Source of the DNA: Candidatus Norongarragalinales archaeon
Lineage (GTDB): Archaea > Micrarchaeota > Micrarchaeia > Norongarragalinales > DASYRB01
Length of the DNA: 64,000 nt
Assembly: GCA_036004805.1 (NCBI GenBank)
Contig: DASYRB010000026.1
Coordinates: 4,938-68,937 of the forward strand
Reading direction: 5' to 3'
A program made the position numbers and the translations under genes. This document shows positions 1-9,705 of the stretch, one piece after another; position 1 is the stretch's first letter, and the number at the start of each line of letters is the position of its first letter. The notes below the pieces were generated by a model, which ran no database searches, was not told the origin of the DNA, and was given only the letters and a program-made list of their open reading frames with translations.

Positions 1-2596
1 ACGCGCTGGGCGATGGAGAGGGTGAAGGCGAAGGAGTCGCCGTAGGCGTAGGAATGGGTGTCGGTGAAGGCGTTGGTGTGGGTTGTCCGCTGCATGTTCC
101 GCCGATGCAGAAAGTTCCTGGATCGCAGTCTTGGTCTGACTGGCACTGGCCTCCCTGAGGCACTAGCGAGATTCTTTGAATGCGCGCTTGCGACGCGTTC
201 GCGCCTTTCGACGAGTCGAACGGCACTCTTCTGTACAAGTTCTGGTTTTGTCCGAACGAGCGGTAATGCAAGTCGAGCGGTGAAGAGCTTTGCGATTCTA
301 ACGCGATGTTTCCGAAGTTCACGGGGTTCGCGAGAACCTTCACTGGAAGAATCAGCGTGCCTGGTTGTGTGGTCTTGAATTCTGCCTCGATCCACTTGCG
401 CGGCTGCGAGAACGTCACGATATTTCCGCTCTTTGCGGTCAACGCGCCTCCGCAGTAGAACGCTTGCGTCGAGGCAATCTGATTCGTGCCTGTTCGCAAC
501 GCCCACAACTGCAAACCGACGTTGGAAAAGTCGATGCTCTCTAGTTGCAACGGGCTCGATTGCGCGTTGGCAGAAGTTCCGCTCTCCAAGAACACGCCAA
601 CCGTGTCCGTGCCAGTGTAACTGATCTTCAACTCGGCGACGTACTCTTCTCCTGCTTCAATCTGGGTAACTTGCTTCTTGAAGCCGTTGTAATAATTCTC
701 GAACAATTGCAAGTCATCTTGTCGCACGCAAATATTCTTGACGGGCGTAGACAACAGGCTCTGCGCAAAACCGCACTTCGCCGGATCGTTGCAACAAACA
801 CCGGCAGGACCAAGCAGGGTTACAGTGGCTACGTTGTTGCTCTTCGGCGTGACCGTAACAGATGTCGATCCAGAAACGAATCCAGTCTTCGAACCCGTGA
901 TCACGGCTGGAATGTTCGAGTGTATTTTTATTCCGCAGGAATTGCCAAAGCCAGTGTTGCACGTCGCGACCGTTTCGCCGTTCTGCGTGGCATTCATGAA
1001 CACGCCGGAAACTTGTCCACCCGCGCCGTCGACCGCGAGCATGGTGACATTGCCGAATGGCACGTCAATGTAAAGAACGATGTTTTGAATCGCTTGCGAC
1101 AAGTTCACGTCAAGCTCGCCAGCGAGCTCGTTTTGCGTCGCGACGATTTTTACTATTCTGTCGCGCCTTAGCGGTTTGATCGTGACTCTGCCTTGAGAAT
1201 CGGTTTTCTTGTTGTAATACAAAATCGCTCCATCGCTGCGATAAACGCTCACTGACGCGTTCGGCACCACTTCGCCGGAAGCATAGTCGCGTACGGTGAT
1301 GCGTGCTTCGGTTGCTTTTGATGCGTTGAAGCGTTCCATCGTCAAGTTCTTGCTTTGTCCGCCAGCGAATGGGAATGTCGCGCCGGGGAAGTAGCCGTCT
1401 TTGCTCGCGCTCGCATAGAAAGTGTAAAGCGTTGGAAGTTTTCTGAACAGCGCGACGCCGTTCGAATCGCTCGTCGTGCGGTTCGCGTAACTGTACTCGC
1501 TCATCTGTCCGCTCGGCAAGAGTCCCAAAGAAACGAACAGTAAAGTGTCAGCGCCTGAAACGATCGCGTCGCGTTCGTCGATCGTTCGCACGATGCTGTC
1601 TTCGAAAGTCGCCGTGCCAAGCACGACACGGAACGTAGTCCTTCCGATGACTTGTTTGGCTGCGGGTTTTCCTGCGCCGCTCGTTGCAACGAGTCCTGGA
1701 GAGTCGACCATTACGTAAACGAGCGCTTGAGGTAAGTCTAGGAACTCGATGCTGCCGACCTCCGCATCGCCTTCCGCAATCAAAGAGTCGTCGAACGCGT
1801 TCAGCAGTTGCACGTGTCCTTGTTCCACGATGTCGCCGGCGTCGTCAACGAGAACCACGTGAACAGTGCCGTTCTCGGGAGGCGCTTCGAACCTGATGAT
1901 GACTTTCTTCGTCATCGTGACCGTTGCGGAATAGTCGCTCGTTGGTTTTTCGATGAATGTGGTCGCTGTGTCGTATCCTTCCTTGCTCAAGCTTACCGTA
2001 ATGACCTGCAGCGGTGGAGCTTTGAATCGCGCGATTCCGGAATCGTCACTATAAACAGTTCCAGTCTGTCCATCGTCACTGGTCCACGTCACGCTCGCGC
2101 CGTTGACTAGTGCTTGTTTGTTGTCTTGCAGCGTGAGCTCGACGTTTATCACGTTCGGCTCGAGAGTCACGCGACGCGTCAAGGTTTGTCCGGTCGTTAT
2201 TTTCGTGGTGAAGTTCTTGAAACCTGATTTCGACACGGTAAGCGTTGCGAGCTTGCCTGAAGGCAAACTTTTGAACGCCGCGACTCCACTATCGTCCGTT
2301 TCCAGAGCAGTGCTGGCTTGCGTCCAATCGATCAAAACATTCGCGCCCGGCAACGGCTTTCCATTGGCAAGCGCGGTTATCGTTAGCGAAGTGGTTTGCG
2401 GCACGAAAATGGAATACAACGCCCAACCGATCAACGCCAACAAAAGCAGAAAAAGAATAGCGACGACCGGAAAACTTGGAATTCCACGCTTCTCGATCGG
2501 CGTAACGACGTAATCGTAAACAGGAACGTGCAGCTTGTCCTGCAAGTAATCCATCAAGCTGTAATAGCGATCTTCGAGTTGCGTGTAGAGAGACAT
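1..2596 (-). CDS. Giant cell-surface protein, partial (C-terminus beyond window start). Short cytoplasmic N-terminus, one TM anchor, then repeated carboxypeptidase-regulatory-like (CarbopepD_reg/PEGA-type) beta-sandwich domains. Paralog of the 2602..6798 gene.
   Basis: I translated the minus frame by hand from ATG at 2596-2594: MSLYTQLEDRYYSLMDYLQDKLHVPVYDYVVTPIEKRGIPSFPVVAILFLLLLALIGWALYSIFVPQTTSLTITALANGKPLPGANVLI... The frame stays open to position 1. It is absent from the ORF track because it has no in-window stop, and that minus frame (codon low ends = 2 mod 3) has no listed ORFs anywhere below 2600. The N-terminus has the same architecture as the downstream gene (TM followed by xVxVNSAGxPLPGAxV). 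Confidence 0.55.
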   Translation of the reverse strand, partial: MSLYTQLEDRYYSLMDYLQDKLHVPVYDYVVTPIEKRGIPSFPVVAILFLLLLALIGWALYSIFVPQTTSLTITALANGKPLPGANVLIDWTQASTALETDDSGVAAFKSLPSGKLATLTVSKSGFKNFTTKITTGQTLTRRVTLEPNVINVELTLQDNKQALVNGASVTWTSDDGQTGTVYSDDSGIARFKAPPLQVITVSLSKEGYDTATTFIEKPTSDYSATVTMTKKVIIRFEAPPENGTVHVVLVDDAGDIVEQGHVQLLNAFDDSLIAEGDAEVGSIEFLDLPQALVYVMVDSPGLVATSGAGKPAAKQVIGRTTFRVVLGTATFEDSIVRTIDERDAIVSGADTLLFVSLGLLPSGQMSEYSYANRTTSDSNGVALFRKLPTLYTFYASASKDGYFPGATFPFAGGQSKNLTMERFNASKATEARITVRDYASGEVVPNASVSVYRSDGAILYYNKKTDSQGRVTIKPLRRDRIVKIVATQNELAGELDVNLSQAIQNIVLYIDVPFGNVTMLAVDGAGGQVSGVFMNATQNGETVATCNTGFGNSCGIKIHSNIPAVITGSKTGFVSGSTSVTVTPKSNNVATVTLLGPAGVCCNDPAKCGFAQSLLSTPVKNICVRQDDLQLFENYYNGFKKQVTQIEAGEEYVAELKISYTGTDTVGVFLESGTSANAQSSPLQLESIDFSNVGLQLWALRTGTNQIASTQAFYCGGALTAKSGNIVTFSQPRKWIEAEFKTTQPGTLILPVKVLANPVNFGNIALESQSSSPLDLHYRSFGQNQNLYRRVPFDSSKGANASQARIQRISLVPQGGQCQSDQDCDPGTFCIGGTCSGQPTPTPSPTPIPTPTATPSPSPSPSPSA

Positions 2597-2601
2597 TTTT
2601 G

Positions 2602-5600
2602 TTATTGCACGTAAACGATGAAGCTTGAATCAACATCCGCGTCTTCTGCCAGCTCGATGTGTCCTGTTTTGCCGTAGGCGCTGAATTCGAATTTGTCCCC
2701 TTTGTCTTTGGGTTTTCCAGCGTGAGATACGAGGTTCGCGTCCCAGACAGTAAGGTCTGCGCCGCCAACGCTTCCGCTCTGGTAAGAGTTGAACCTGAAA
2801 ACTTCTCCAGTTCTCAATATCAAAACGAATCGGTTTTCGTGAGTTCTGAATTCGTAGAACCTGCTCTGCTGTCCTTTCTCGTTTGCGAGGAAGCATCCCT
2901 GTGGGCCGCTTCCAAGAATCTGATCGACTTCCGAACCGCCGTGCAGGCAGGAACTTCTGCCAGCTATGTAGAACAATGGCCCTTGCAAAGAAGCATCGTT
3001 GCCGCAAGAGCCATAATTGTCCAGGTAATGGTTCGATTGAACTGTTGCATACGATACTGTAAGGCCTGCGCCTTGAGAAAATCCTCCTTGTGGTGCAATA
3101 CCATTGTAAGTGTTGATACCTGTTAGCCCTGAAATTTCTCTGTAATTGAAATCAATTCCAGAAAACGCTTGTTTGATCGGCGAGTTCGCGCTATCGCCAC
3201 GCTTCCAGAACGAGTCATAACCGGCCTGGAATCCTGCGGGAGAAGTGACAGGAATGTTTGCCGGAGTTCCATTGATGAAGAATCCGGAAACAGGTCCGAC
3301 ATAGCCAAGAACTCCACGAATGAGCGAGTCAGAAATCACGCTCCCGCCCTTGTGTATCTGGTACGTCACTCCTGCGGAAGGCCATTGGCGGTTGTCGGCC
3401 AAAAGCCACACTTCCGGCATGTGCAAAAAGCTCGCTACTGGGCATGAGAAGCCGCAGCTGCTGCTTGTCGATATTCCGGTCATTGCTCCTTCGAGGCCGG
3501 AAAGGCATGCTGGAGAACCACTTTGTCCACTGCCACTCTGTGACGGACAAGACCAGATGTTGTTCTTGCACTCGGCTTCGGACTTATCCGAATCAGGAGC
3601 ATTAACGCAACGAATGGCCGGATTCAAATTGCATTTCGAATACTGCGCATTCCAGAACTCGTCCGGAGTGACATGCATCGCAGTAACTGCCGGAATTGCA
3701 TCATCCGCGAGAACTTTGATTGGAATGTCAAAAGTTCCGGTTGTTCCCGTGCATTGGACGTGCAACTTCACGTTCTGGTCCGTGATCCTGTTGGGGTCTC
3801 CGGTTCTGCAGGTCTGCGAGCTGCCGTCGTAACTCAACACGCTCAAGCCGTTCTGTAACGGAGTCTTGTCGAAGCAGGTTGTGTTGCCTTGGATGTAGTT
3901 GTAATTGAAAGTGCAAGAAACCGGCAAAGCCGTGCTGTTGAACAACACGCGCACCGCGTCGACTGGCGTGATGGGATCGGCTTTCATCACGATCTCGTTC
4001 GCTTGCGTGCCTTCAAGACTCGCGATCAAGCGCGCTCCGTTCAAGTCGTAATTGTAAACAACGTTGTTTCCGTGGAATAGCTTGAGCTGGAACTGTCCGC
4101 CAGATGTTTCCACAACGCGCACTTCGTAGTTCACAAGAGGAGCTTGCTGAATCGCGCCCACGGTCACTGGTCGCGTTACGCTGGTGCCTCCGAATGACAA
4201 TCGTTGCGTGGTTGCGCCGTTGTTTTGTGGCTGCAGCTTCACCCAAGCGAGCATGCGGTTGTTCGGAAAATCGTTCGGATCCGTTTGGTAGCTGTAAGAA
4301 GGCGATGATTGGTCGACGTTGCTGTAAGGATCGCTATCGGATCCGTGGTCTGCAGCGATGAGCGGCAAGATGTTGACAGAGCTCGTCAACCATCCCAGAG
4401 TCGCGGTGTTCTTGTGACTAAAGCGATCGACAACGATGTTCGCTTGTGTTTCGCCGTTTGCGATCTGCACGCTGTAAGGCTCGGCAATCGAAGTGCCTAG
4501 TGGCTGTTCGAGGCCGTAAGAAACGCAACCTTCAGCGCCGCATCCGATGTTTTGGTGCGCGTTGAACTGCCAGGAAGTAATGTTTTCCGTGTTCGCGCTG
4601 CACCAAACGCGGCCGCTCGCTTGGAACGCGGTTTGTAACTGCGCGTCGAAAGGCTCGCGAACATACTCGTTACCGATTACTTGGTAGGCGCGGAAGTTGA
4701 GCGCGGCTCGAGAAGTGATGTTCGTCACTGCGAACTCGACATCGAAACCAATCGTTCCCAGACTCTGGTTGAACACGTCAGCTTGAATGTCGATCCATTT
4801 CAACGCGCCGAACGCGCTCGTCGGTGGCTGCACGTTGCAAGAAGTCGGGTTGAAAGTAGTGGAAGCGTTGACGAACTCGGTCAACGCACCTCCGAGATAA
4901 TTGTCACTTCGCCTGACGATCGCGATCGAGTCGTTCGCAAAGTTTCCAGTGCGGTTGCCCGCGCGAACATACAGACCGACGCGAGAAGCGTTGTTCAAAA
5001 CCATCACGTCGAAGTGCGCGGTGTAAATGCTGCCGAAATCGAGACGCGAAACACCCGTCACGTCGACGCCGTTGCGGTCCGTGATCGAGAGAGTGATCAT
5101 TGGAGAATTGGTCGCGAACATTTTCACCGTAACGCTGGTCGGCGAGTCGTCGTCGATCTGGAAGCTCTGGAGTTTGTTCGCAAAGCCCGGCGAAGAAACA
5201 CGCACTTGAAGCGGAATGCCGACGAAAACCTGCCTCGAACAAGAACCCGAGGTAGTGGCGCAAGAAGAACCGTTCAGAAAACTGCCTTGCAAGAGCACGC
5301 TGAAGTTCGCCGTTTGCAGCGTCGCGTTGTTTGCATAGTTCACCGCGCGGAAAGTCACAGTGGTTGTTGGTGGATAGAGTAATACGGTGAGGTTGGGGCT
5401 TGACTCGTTGATGAACGCGTTGCCCTTGAGCGGACCCTTCGAAACACGAACCTCGGCATCACTTCCTAATGGAATGTCACTGATTGACGCTTTTCCGTTG
5501 TTGTTCGTCACCGCTTGTGCAGGAACCAGCAAGAATCCTTGGCTGTAAACGTTCGCGGTAGCGTTCGGCACGGCTTGTTGGTAGGCGAAATCTTTCGCCG

Positions 5601-6798
5601 TGAGCGACAACGTCAGGCTGTTGGAAGAGTTGGAAGCGTTAAGCGCAGCGTTCACGGTAACGCGTGCCTGGTCGAGAACAACGTTCGCGTTGCGGTAAGG
5701 CAGCTTGCCCTTTGAATAGACAACGACGCCAACGCTCTGTCCGCGCTCGAGCTGGTACTCGATCTTTGAAAGCGTGTTGTTGTTCGCGAGCACGTCGCCC
5801 GCAGCGTCCAGCACGTAAACTGAAGCGCTCGTGGTGGTGCCGAGAACGTTGATCGTTAATAGCGTCGTGTTTTCAGGAACCAAGCGACGCAGCGTGACGG
5901 ATTGGGACGTGCTTTCATCCACACTGAAGTCTTCAGTGGTTTCAGTAACGTATCCATCAGCCTGTACTGAGAGATAGACGCGCGAGTGCAGCTTTATCGT
6001 AGTGATCGCAGCGTCACCATTCGCGCCAGTAGTCGCGGTAGTGATTAGGTGCGCACGGTCGGTCGAGCTGTAGACCTTCACGGAAGCCACTTTGCCTCGG
6101 CCGTCTTCATCCTTTACCGAAACAGTCAACCTACCCTTCAGGTTCGCGAGACGCTGCAGGAACGCAGCACTGCGCGCGAGAGCGATCTTCTGAACGCCGA
6201 TGTCTTTCTGCAAACGAGTGATCGTGATCGTGCGAGGATCGTAATCCTCCTTCACGGCGATGATGGAAACGTCGCTCAGCTCTTGCGCCTCAACTTGAGC
6301 CATGCCCTGTGCGTCCGTCTCCAGTTGTGACGTCTTGCCCGCGGAAGTCACGGAGAGAGTAGCGCCAGAAAGGCCTTCGCCGGAATCTTCATCGACGACG
6401 CTGACCGAGAAACGAACAAGCGACTGTGCCAAAGTGATGCTCACGAGCGGACGCGAACCCGCGGTGAATTTCTGAGACTTCTCCTCAAAACCCTCCTTCT
6501 TCGCAGTAATAGTTACGGAAAGGCCCTTCGGAACTTCTTTGAAGAACGCCTTGCCATCGCTATCAGTATCGATGGATTGCGAAAAAGAACCGCCCGCGAC
6601 AGTCACGCTCGCGCCAGGCAAGGGAGCGCCCGCGCTGTTGACCGAAACCGTTAATGGCACCGATTGGGGCAGGACGAAAAAATAAACCAACGCGCCCAAC
6701 AACAAAACCACAAGCGCTGCTCCGGCGTAGAGATATTTTTTCGGCAGCTTGGCTAGCGCTGGAGGCAAAGACGGTATTTTGACCTCAGGAATAGCCAT
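2602..6798 (-). CDS. Giant membrane-anchored surface protein (about 1398 aa) with tandem CarbopepD_reg-like domains and a large Cys-containing central region.
   Basis: Track ORF 2602..7026. Start moved to internal Met (MAIPEVKIPSLPPALAKLPKKYLYAGAALVVLLLGALVYFFVLP) because the upstream 76 codons run into the argS promoter/5' region. cat at 6796-6798 verified. Signal-anchor TM, then repeated motifs of about 80 aa (PLPGASVTV...TDSDGKAFF...GxYxVxxxKEGF). Stop lies 5 nt from the start of the 1..2596 gene. Confidence 0.75.
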   Translation of the reverse strand: MAIPEVKIPSLPPALAKLPKKYLYAGAALVVLLLGALVYFFVLPQSVPLTVSVNSAGAPLPGASVTVAGGSFSQSIDTDSDGKAFFKEVPKGLSVTITAKKEGFEEKSQKFTAGSRPLVSITLAQSLVRFSVSVVDEDSGEGLSGATLSVTSAGKTSQLETDAQGMAQVEAQELSDVSIIAVKEDYDPRTITITRLQKDIGVQKIALARSAAFLQRLANLKGRLTVSVKDEDGRGKVASVKVYSSTDRAHLITTATTGANGDAAITTIKLHSRVYLSVQADGYVTETTEDFSVDESTSQSVTLRRLVPENTTLLTINVLGTTTSASVYVLDAAGDVLANNNTLSKIEYQLERGQSVGVVVYSKGKLPYRNANVVLDQARVTVNAALNASNSSNSLTLSLTAKDFAYQQAVPNATANVYSQGFLLVPAQAVTNNNGKASISDIPLGSDAEVRVSKGPLKGNAFINESSPNLTVLLYPPTTTVTFRAVNYANNATLQTANFSVLLQGSFLNGSSCATTSGSCSRQVFVGIPLQVRVSSPGFANKLQSFQIDDDSPTSVTVKMFATNSPMITLSITDRNGVDVTGVSRLDFGSIYTAHFDVMVLNNASRVGLYVRAGNRTGNFANDSIAIVRRSDNYLGGALTEFVNASTTFNPTSCNVQPPTSAFGALKWIDIQADVFNQSLGTIGFDVEFAVTNITSRAALNFRAYQVIGNEYVREPFDAQLQTAFQASGRVWCSANTENITSWQFNAHQNIGCGAEGCVSYGLEQPLGTSIAEPYSVQIANGETQANIVVDRFSHKNTATLGWLTSSVNILPLIAADHGSDSDPYSNVDQSSPSYSYQTDPNDFPNNRMLAWVKLQPQNNGATTQRLSFGGTSVTRPVTVGAIQQAPLVNYEVRVVETSGGQFQLKLFHGNNVVYNYDLNGARLIASLEGTQANEIVMKADPITPVDAVRVLFNSTALPVSCTFNYNYIQGNTTCFDKTPLQNGLSVLSYDGSSQTCRTGDPNRITDQNVKLHVQCTGTTGTFDIPIKVLADDAIPAVTAMHVTPDEFWNAQYSKCNLNPAIRCVNAPDSDKSEAECKNNIWSCPSQSGSGQSGSPACLSGLEGAMTGISTSSSCGFSCPVASFLHMPEVWLLADNRQWPSAGVTYQIHKGGSVISDSLIRGVLGYVGPVSGFFINGTPANIPVTSPAGFQAGYDSFWKRGDSANSPIKQAFSGIDFNYREISGLTGINTYNGIAPQGGFSQGAGLTVSYATVQSNHYLDNYGSCGNDASLQGPLFYIAGRSSCLHGGSEVDQILGSGPQGCFLANEKGQQSRFYEFRTHENRFVLILRTGEVFRFNSYQSGSVGGADLTVWDANLVSHAGKPKDKGDKFEFSAYGKTGHIELAEDADVDSSFIVYVQ

Positions 6799-6852
6799 TG
6801 TTCGCGAACTTTCGACGCAGAAAGAGCTAATAAAAACCACTCTTCTAACCAA
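6799..6852. promoter_or_regulatory. Short divergent intergenic region between the surface-protein gene and argS. AT-rich TATA-like element (taataaaaa, 6818-6826), probably a bidirectional archaeal promoter.
   Basis: 54-bp gap between divergent starts (6798 minus, 6853 plus). The A/T-rich hexamer lies about 27-35 nt from the argS ATG and reads ttttatta on the opposite strand. Confidence 0.3.
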
Positions 6853-8637
6853 TTGCGCCACCAAAAAATGACTATCCAGTACGCACTCGACAAAACAAGA
6901 AAAGACATCAGCACAGCTATAGCTGAAACCGTCAGGGAAGAGTACGACATCGACTTCGAAAACAGCGACGCGGAGCTCGAAGTGCCCAAGACGCAAAAAA
7001 TGGGCGAACTCGCCTTCGCCACGCAAAGCGCCGCACGCCGAGCCAAAACCACACCGCCAGACCTCGCATCACAACTAGCAGTCACTCTCGAAGACGAAGA
7101 GATCGCCATGCTATCGAAAGTCGAGCACGTCGGTCCATACGTCAACTTCAAGCTCTCCGACGAGTTCTACAACCAAGCCACCTCCGAAGCGCTCGCGATG
7201 GGCAACAACTACGGGCCGCGAGACACGAACAAAGGCAAAACCGCCATCGTAGAATACAGCGCGCCCAACACCGGCAAACCAATGCACTTCGGACACATCC
7301 GCAGCACCATCCTCGGCGACGCCGCAAAACGCTTGCTCGCATCGCAGGGCTACAAAACCATCGCCATGAACTATCTCGGCGACTCCGGCAGCCACGTCGC
7401 AGAACTACTCGTCGCGCTAAAAACATTCAAGGACCTGCCCGAGGTAAAAACGGAACAAGACCTCCTCCAATACTACATCAAAATAAAGAAAGAGATCGAT
7501 GCCAAACCCGAACTCAAAAAACAAGCCGAAGAACTACAAGCCGCCTTCGAAAAGGGCGACACTAGCGTCGCGAAAGAAATACAAAAAATCTGGGCACTAA
7601 GCACACCCGCGTTCAACGCCAACTACGAACTCCTCGGCGTCAAGTTCGACGAAACCCTCGGCGAAAGCGCATTCGTAAAACAGGCACTGGACATCGCGAA
7701 AGAAGCACAACAAAAAAAGGTCGCCGTCAAGGAAAAAGATGGTAGCGTCGTAGTCAAGCTCGAAAAACAAAAACTACAAGACAAAGTGTTACTACGCGCG
7801 AACGGCACGACCCTTTACTTCTCACGCGACCTCGCACTCGCCGATTACAAATGGAACAAGTACAAATTCGACACTAGCTACATCTTCACCGCGCAAGAAC
7901 AAAACCTGCACTTCAAACAATTACAAAAAACGCTCGAACTACTCGGCCGTCCATACTTTGCGAGATACAAGCACGTAGGATTCGGACTCATCAACCTGCC
8001 CGAAGGCAAAATGAGCACGCGCGAAGGACGCGTCGTACTCCTGCAAGAAGTGTTGTCGCAAACCATCGACGAAGCGAAACGCGAGCTCAAGAAAAGACAG
8101 AAGGAAGAAAAAAGCGCGGCAGCAAAAGAAGCGACATCGAAATACTCTGAGGAAGACCTGGACAAGATCGCTTTCGAAGTCGGACTCGGTTCGCTCAAGT
8201 TCGGCGTGCTGCGCGTCGCGGCCGAAAAAAACATTGTTTTCGACACGAAGAAAATCGTGAGCTTCGAAGGCGACACCGGCGCATACGTACAATACAGCGC
8301 CGTGCGATGCAGGAAAATAATCGCGAAATCCAAGCTCTCGAAAATACAAGTACCGAACGAAAGAAAGCTCAACGACTTCGAAAAAAGACTCTCATTCACG
8401 ATCGCACGATATCCGGAAGTGCTCGCGAGCGCCGCGAACAGCGTCACCGCGCACACGATCTGCGAATACGCGCTCGAACTCGCATCGGCGTTTTCGAGCT
8501 TTTACGAAAACTGTCCCGTTCTCCAAGCGCCTGACGATAAAACCAAGCTGGGAAGGCTCGCGCTCGTGAAAGCGACGCAGAACACTCTCGAGAACGCGCT
8601 CGACATCCTTGGAATAAGCGTTCCGGAAAAAATGTGA
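6853..8637 (+). CDS. argS: Arginyl-tRNA synthetase (class I).
   Basis: 594 aa. HIGH motif PNTGKPMHFGHIRST. ArgRS-type MSTR variant of KMSKS (GKMSTREGRVV). C-terminal DALR-like anticodon-binding region. Length is typical. Confidence 0.93.
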   Translation: MRHQKMTIQYALDKTRKDISTAIAETVREEYDIDFENSDAELEVPKTQKMGELAFATQSAARRAKTTPPDLASQLAVTLEDEEIAMLSKVEHVGPYVNFKLSDEFYNQATSEALAMGNNYGPRDTNKGKTAIVEYSAPNTGKPMHFGHIRSTILGDAAKRLLASQGYKTIAMNYLGDSGSHVAELLVALKTFKDLPEVKTEQDLLQYYIKIKKEIDAKPELKKQAEELQAAFEKGDTSVAKEIQKIWALSTPAFNANYELLGVKFDETLGESAFVKQALDIAKEAQQKKVAVKEKDGSVVVKLEKQKLQDKVLLRANGTTLYFSRDLALADYKWNKYKFDTSYIFTAQEQNLHFKQLQKTLELLGRPYFARYKHVGFGLINLPEGKMSTREGRVVLLQEVLSQTIDEAKRELKKRQKEEKSAAAKEATSKYSEEDLDKIAFEVGLGSLKFGVLRVAAEKNIVFDTKKIVSFEGDTGAYVQYSAVRCRKIIAKSKLSKIQVPNERKLNDFEKRLSFTIARYPEVLASAANSVTAHTICEYALELASAFSSFYENCPVLQAPDDKTKLGRLALVKATQNTLENALDILGISVPEKM

Positions 8638-9032
8638 AAACGATCACAAAAATGACTCAGAGAGGAAACCACAGGGCTTTCAGGATCGAGAAACAGATCC
8701 ACCAATTATCGCACGAGCTGCTTGGTGCACACATCAAAGATTTCGCGCAAATACTTAGAGACAATCAATACTGGCTTTCAGATTACCACGAGCCGCTATT
8801 GAAAATTCATGACCAACTTCACCGAGCGACGGAGCGCAAGTATTACGGAAGCGTCGCGAGAATTGTTCAAGCCAACGCGGCCGGCAAGGGTGTTTTCAAA
8901 TTCCCGGCAGCGATCATTCGCGCCGACAGGGAAGAACACAAGAAAAGAATCAGGCTCGTACACGACCAGCTCGAAAAGATCGAAAAACTCGCCACGACGC
9001 TACAAAACGTCAGCAAACGGCCTCTCAAATAA
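8634..9032 (+). CDS. Hypothetical protein (132 aa), GTG start overlapping the argS stop (GTGA). ATG at 8652 is an alternative start.
   Basis: Open frame in the short space between the convergent argS and tpiA genes. No recognisable motif. Overlaps the tpiA stop by 8 nt. Confidence 0.35.
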   Translation: MKTITKMTQRGNHRAFRIEKQIHQLSHELLGAHIKDFAQILRDNQYWLSDYHEPLLKIHDQLHRATERKYYGSVARIVQANAAGKGVFKFPAAIIRADREEHKKRIRLVHDQLEKIEKLATTLQNVSKRPLK

Positions 9033-9705
9033 CGCTCTGCGCCATTTCACGCAACAATTTTTCCGGATCACTGCTTTTCACGAACGCGCTAGCGAGAAGC
9101 ACTCCGCTTGCTCCAAGCTCAAAGCACTTTCTCACGTCTTTCGCGTTCGACACTCCAGCACCAACAAGGACGCGCACTTTCTTGTTCGCCTCAATAATTT
9201 CCGCAACCGCATCCCTCACAACTTCTGGCTTTGCCGTGCTTACAGAAATTCCACTACCAATAAGTTCTGGTGGCTCGACGGCGATCATTTCAGGAGAAGG
9301 ATCCATTTTGGCAATGTCTACACCTTCAGTCACGTCTTTTGCGCACGCGAGCACGCGCAACCCGGCATGCTTGCACCTGTCAAGCGTTTTCAAGATCGTT
9401 TCTTGCGGTAGTTTCTTTTCGGCGTGATTCAACAAAGTACCGCTAGCGCCGAGCTGCTTGACCGCCTCCGGAGTAACACTGCCCGTGAACGCGCCAAAAG
9501 AGTTAGCGTCGACGTGCTGTCCAAAAACCGTGGCTTTTTTCACCAACCACGTGAAGTGCTGCAATTCCCAAACGGGCGGGCAGAGAATGATCTCGACTCG
9601 CGAAAAGTCACCCGCAACGCTGTCAGCCGCTTTAGCTAGTTTTTCCGCGTGCTGTCCAGTGCTCTCCTGGTATGTTTTTAGGTTGAGGGCTATGACTCGC
9701 TTCAT
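9025..9705 (-). CDS. tpiA: Triosephosphate isomerase, archaeal short type (226 aa).
   Basis: Motifs GTLLNHAEKK, VEPPELIGSG, VLVGAGVS. Length is typical of archaeal TIM. Confidence 0.9.
   Translation of the reverse strand: MKRVIALNLKTYQESTGQHAEKLAKAADSVAGDFSRVEIILCPPVWELQHFTWLVKKATVFGQHVDANSFGAFTGSVTPEAVKQLGASGTLLNHAEKKLPQETILKTLDRCKHAGLRVLACAKDVTEGVDIAKMDPSPEMIAVEPPELIGSGISVSTAKPEVVRDAVAEIIEANKKVRVLVGAGVSNAKDVRKCFELGASGVLLASAFVKSSDPEKLLREMAQSVI

Noticed and set aside
2289-2768. 159-aa minus-strand ORF spanning the junction of the two giant genes.
   Set aside because: Out of frame with both flanking genes, overlaps both, Arg/Ser-rich. A shadow ORF.
4681-5382. Numerous 60-250 aa plus-strand ORFs inside the giant minus-strand genes (for example 4681..5382, 2659..3126, 16373..16990, 56032..56772, 57631..58419).
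   Set aside because: Arg/Ser/Val-rich low-complexity translations, typical antisense shadow ORFs of GC-rich coding sequence. Each lies entirely within a longer, domain-bearing frame.
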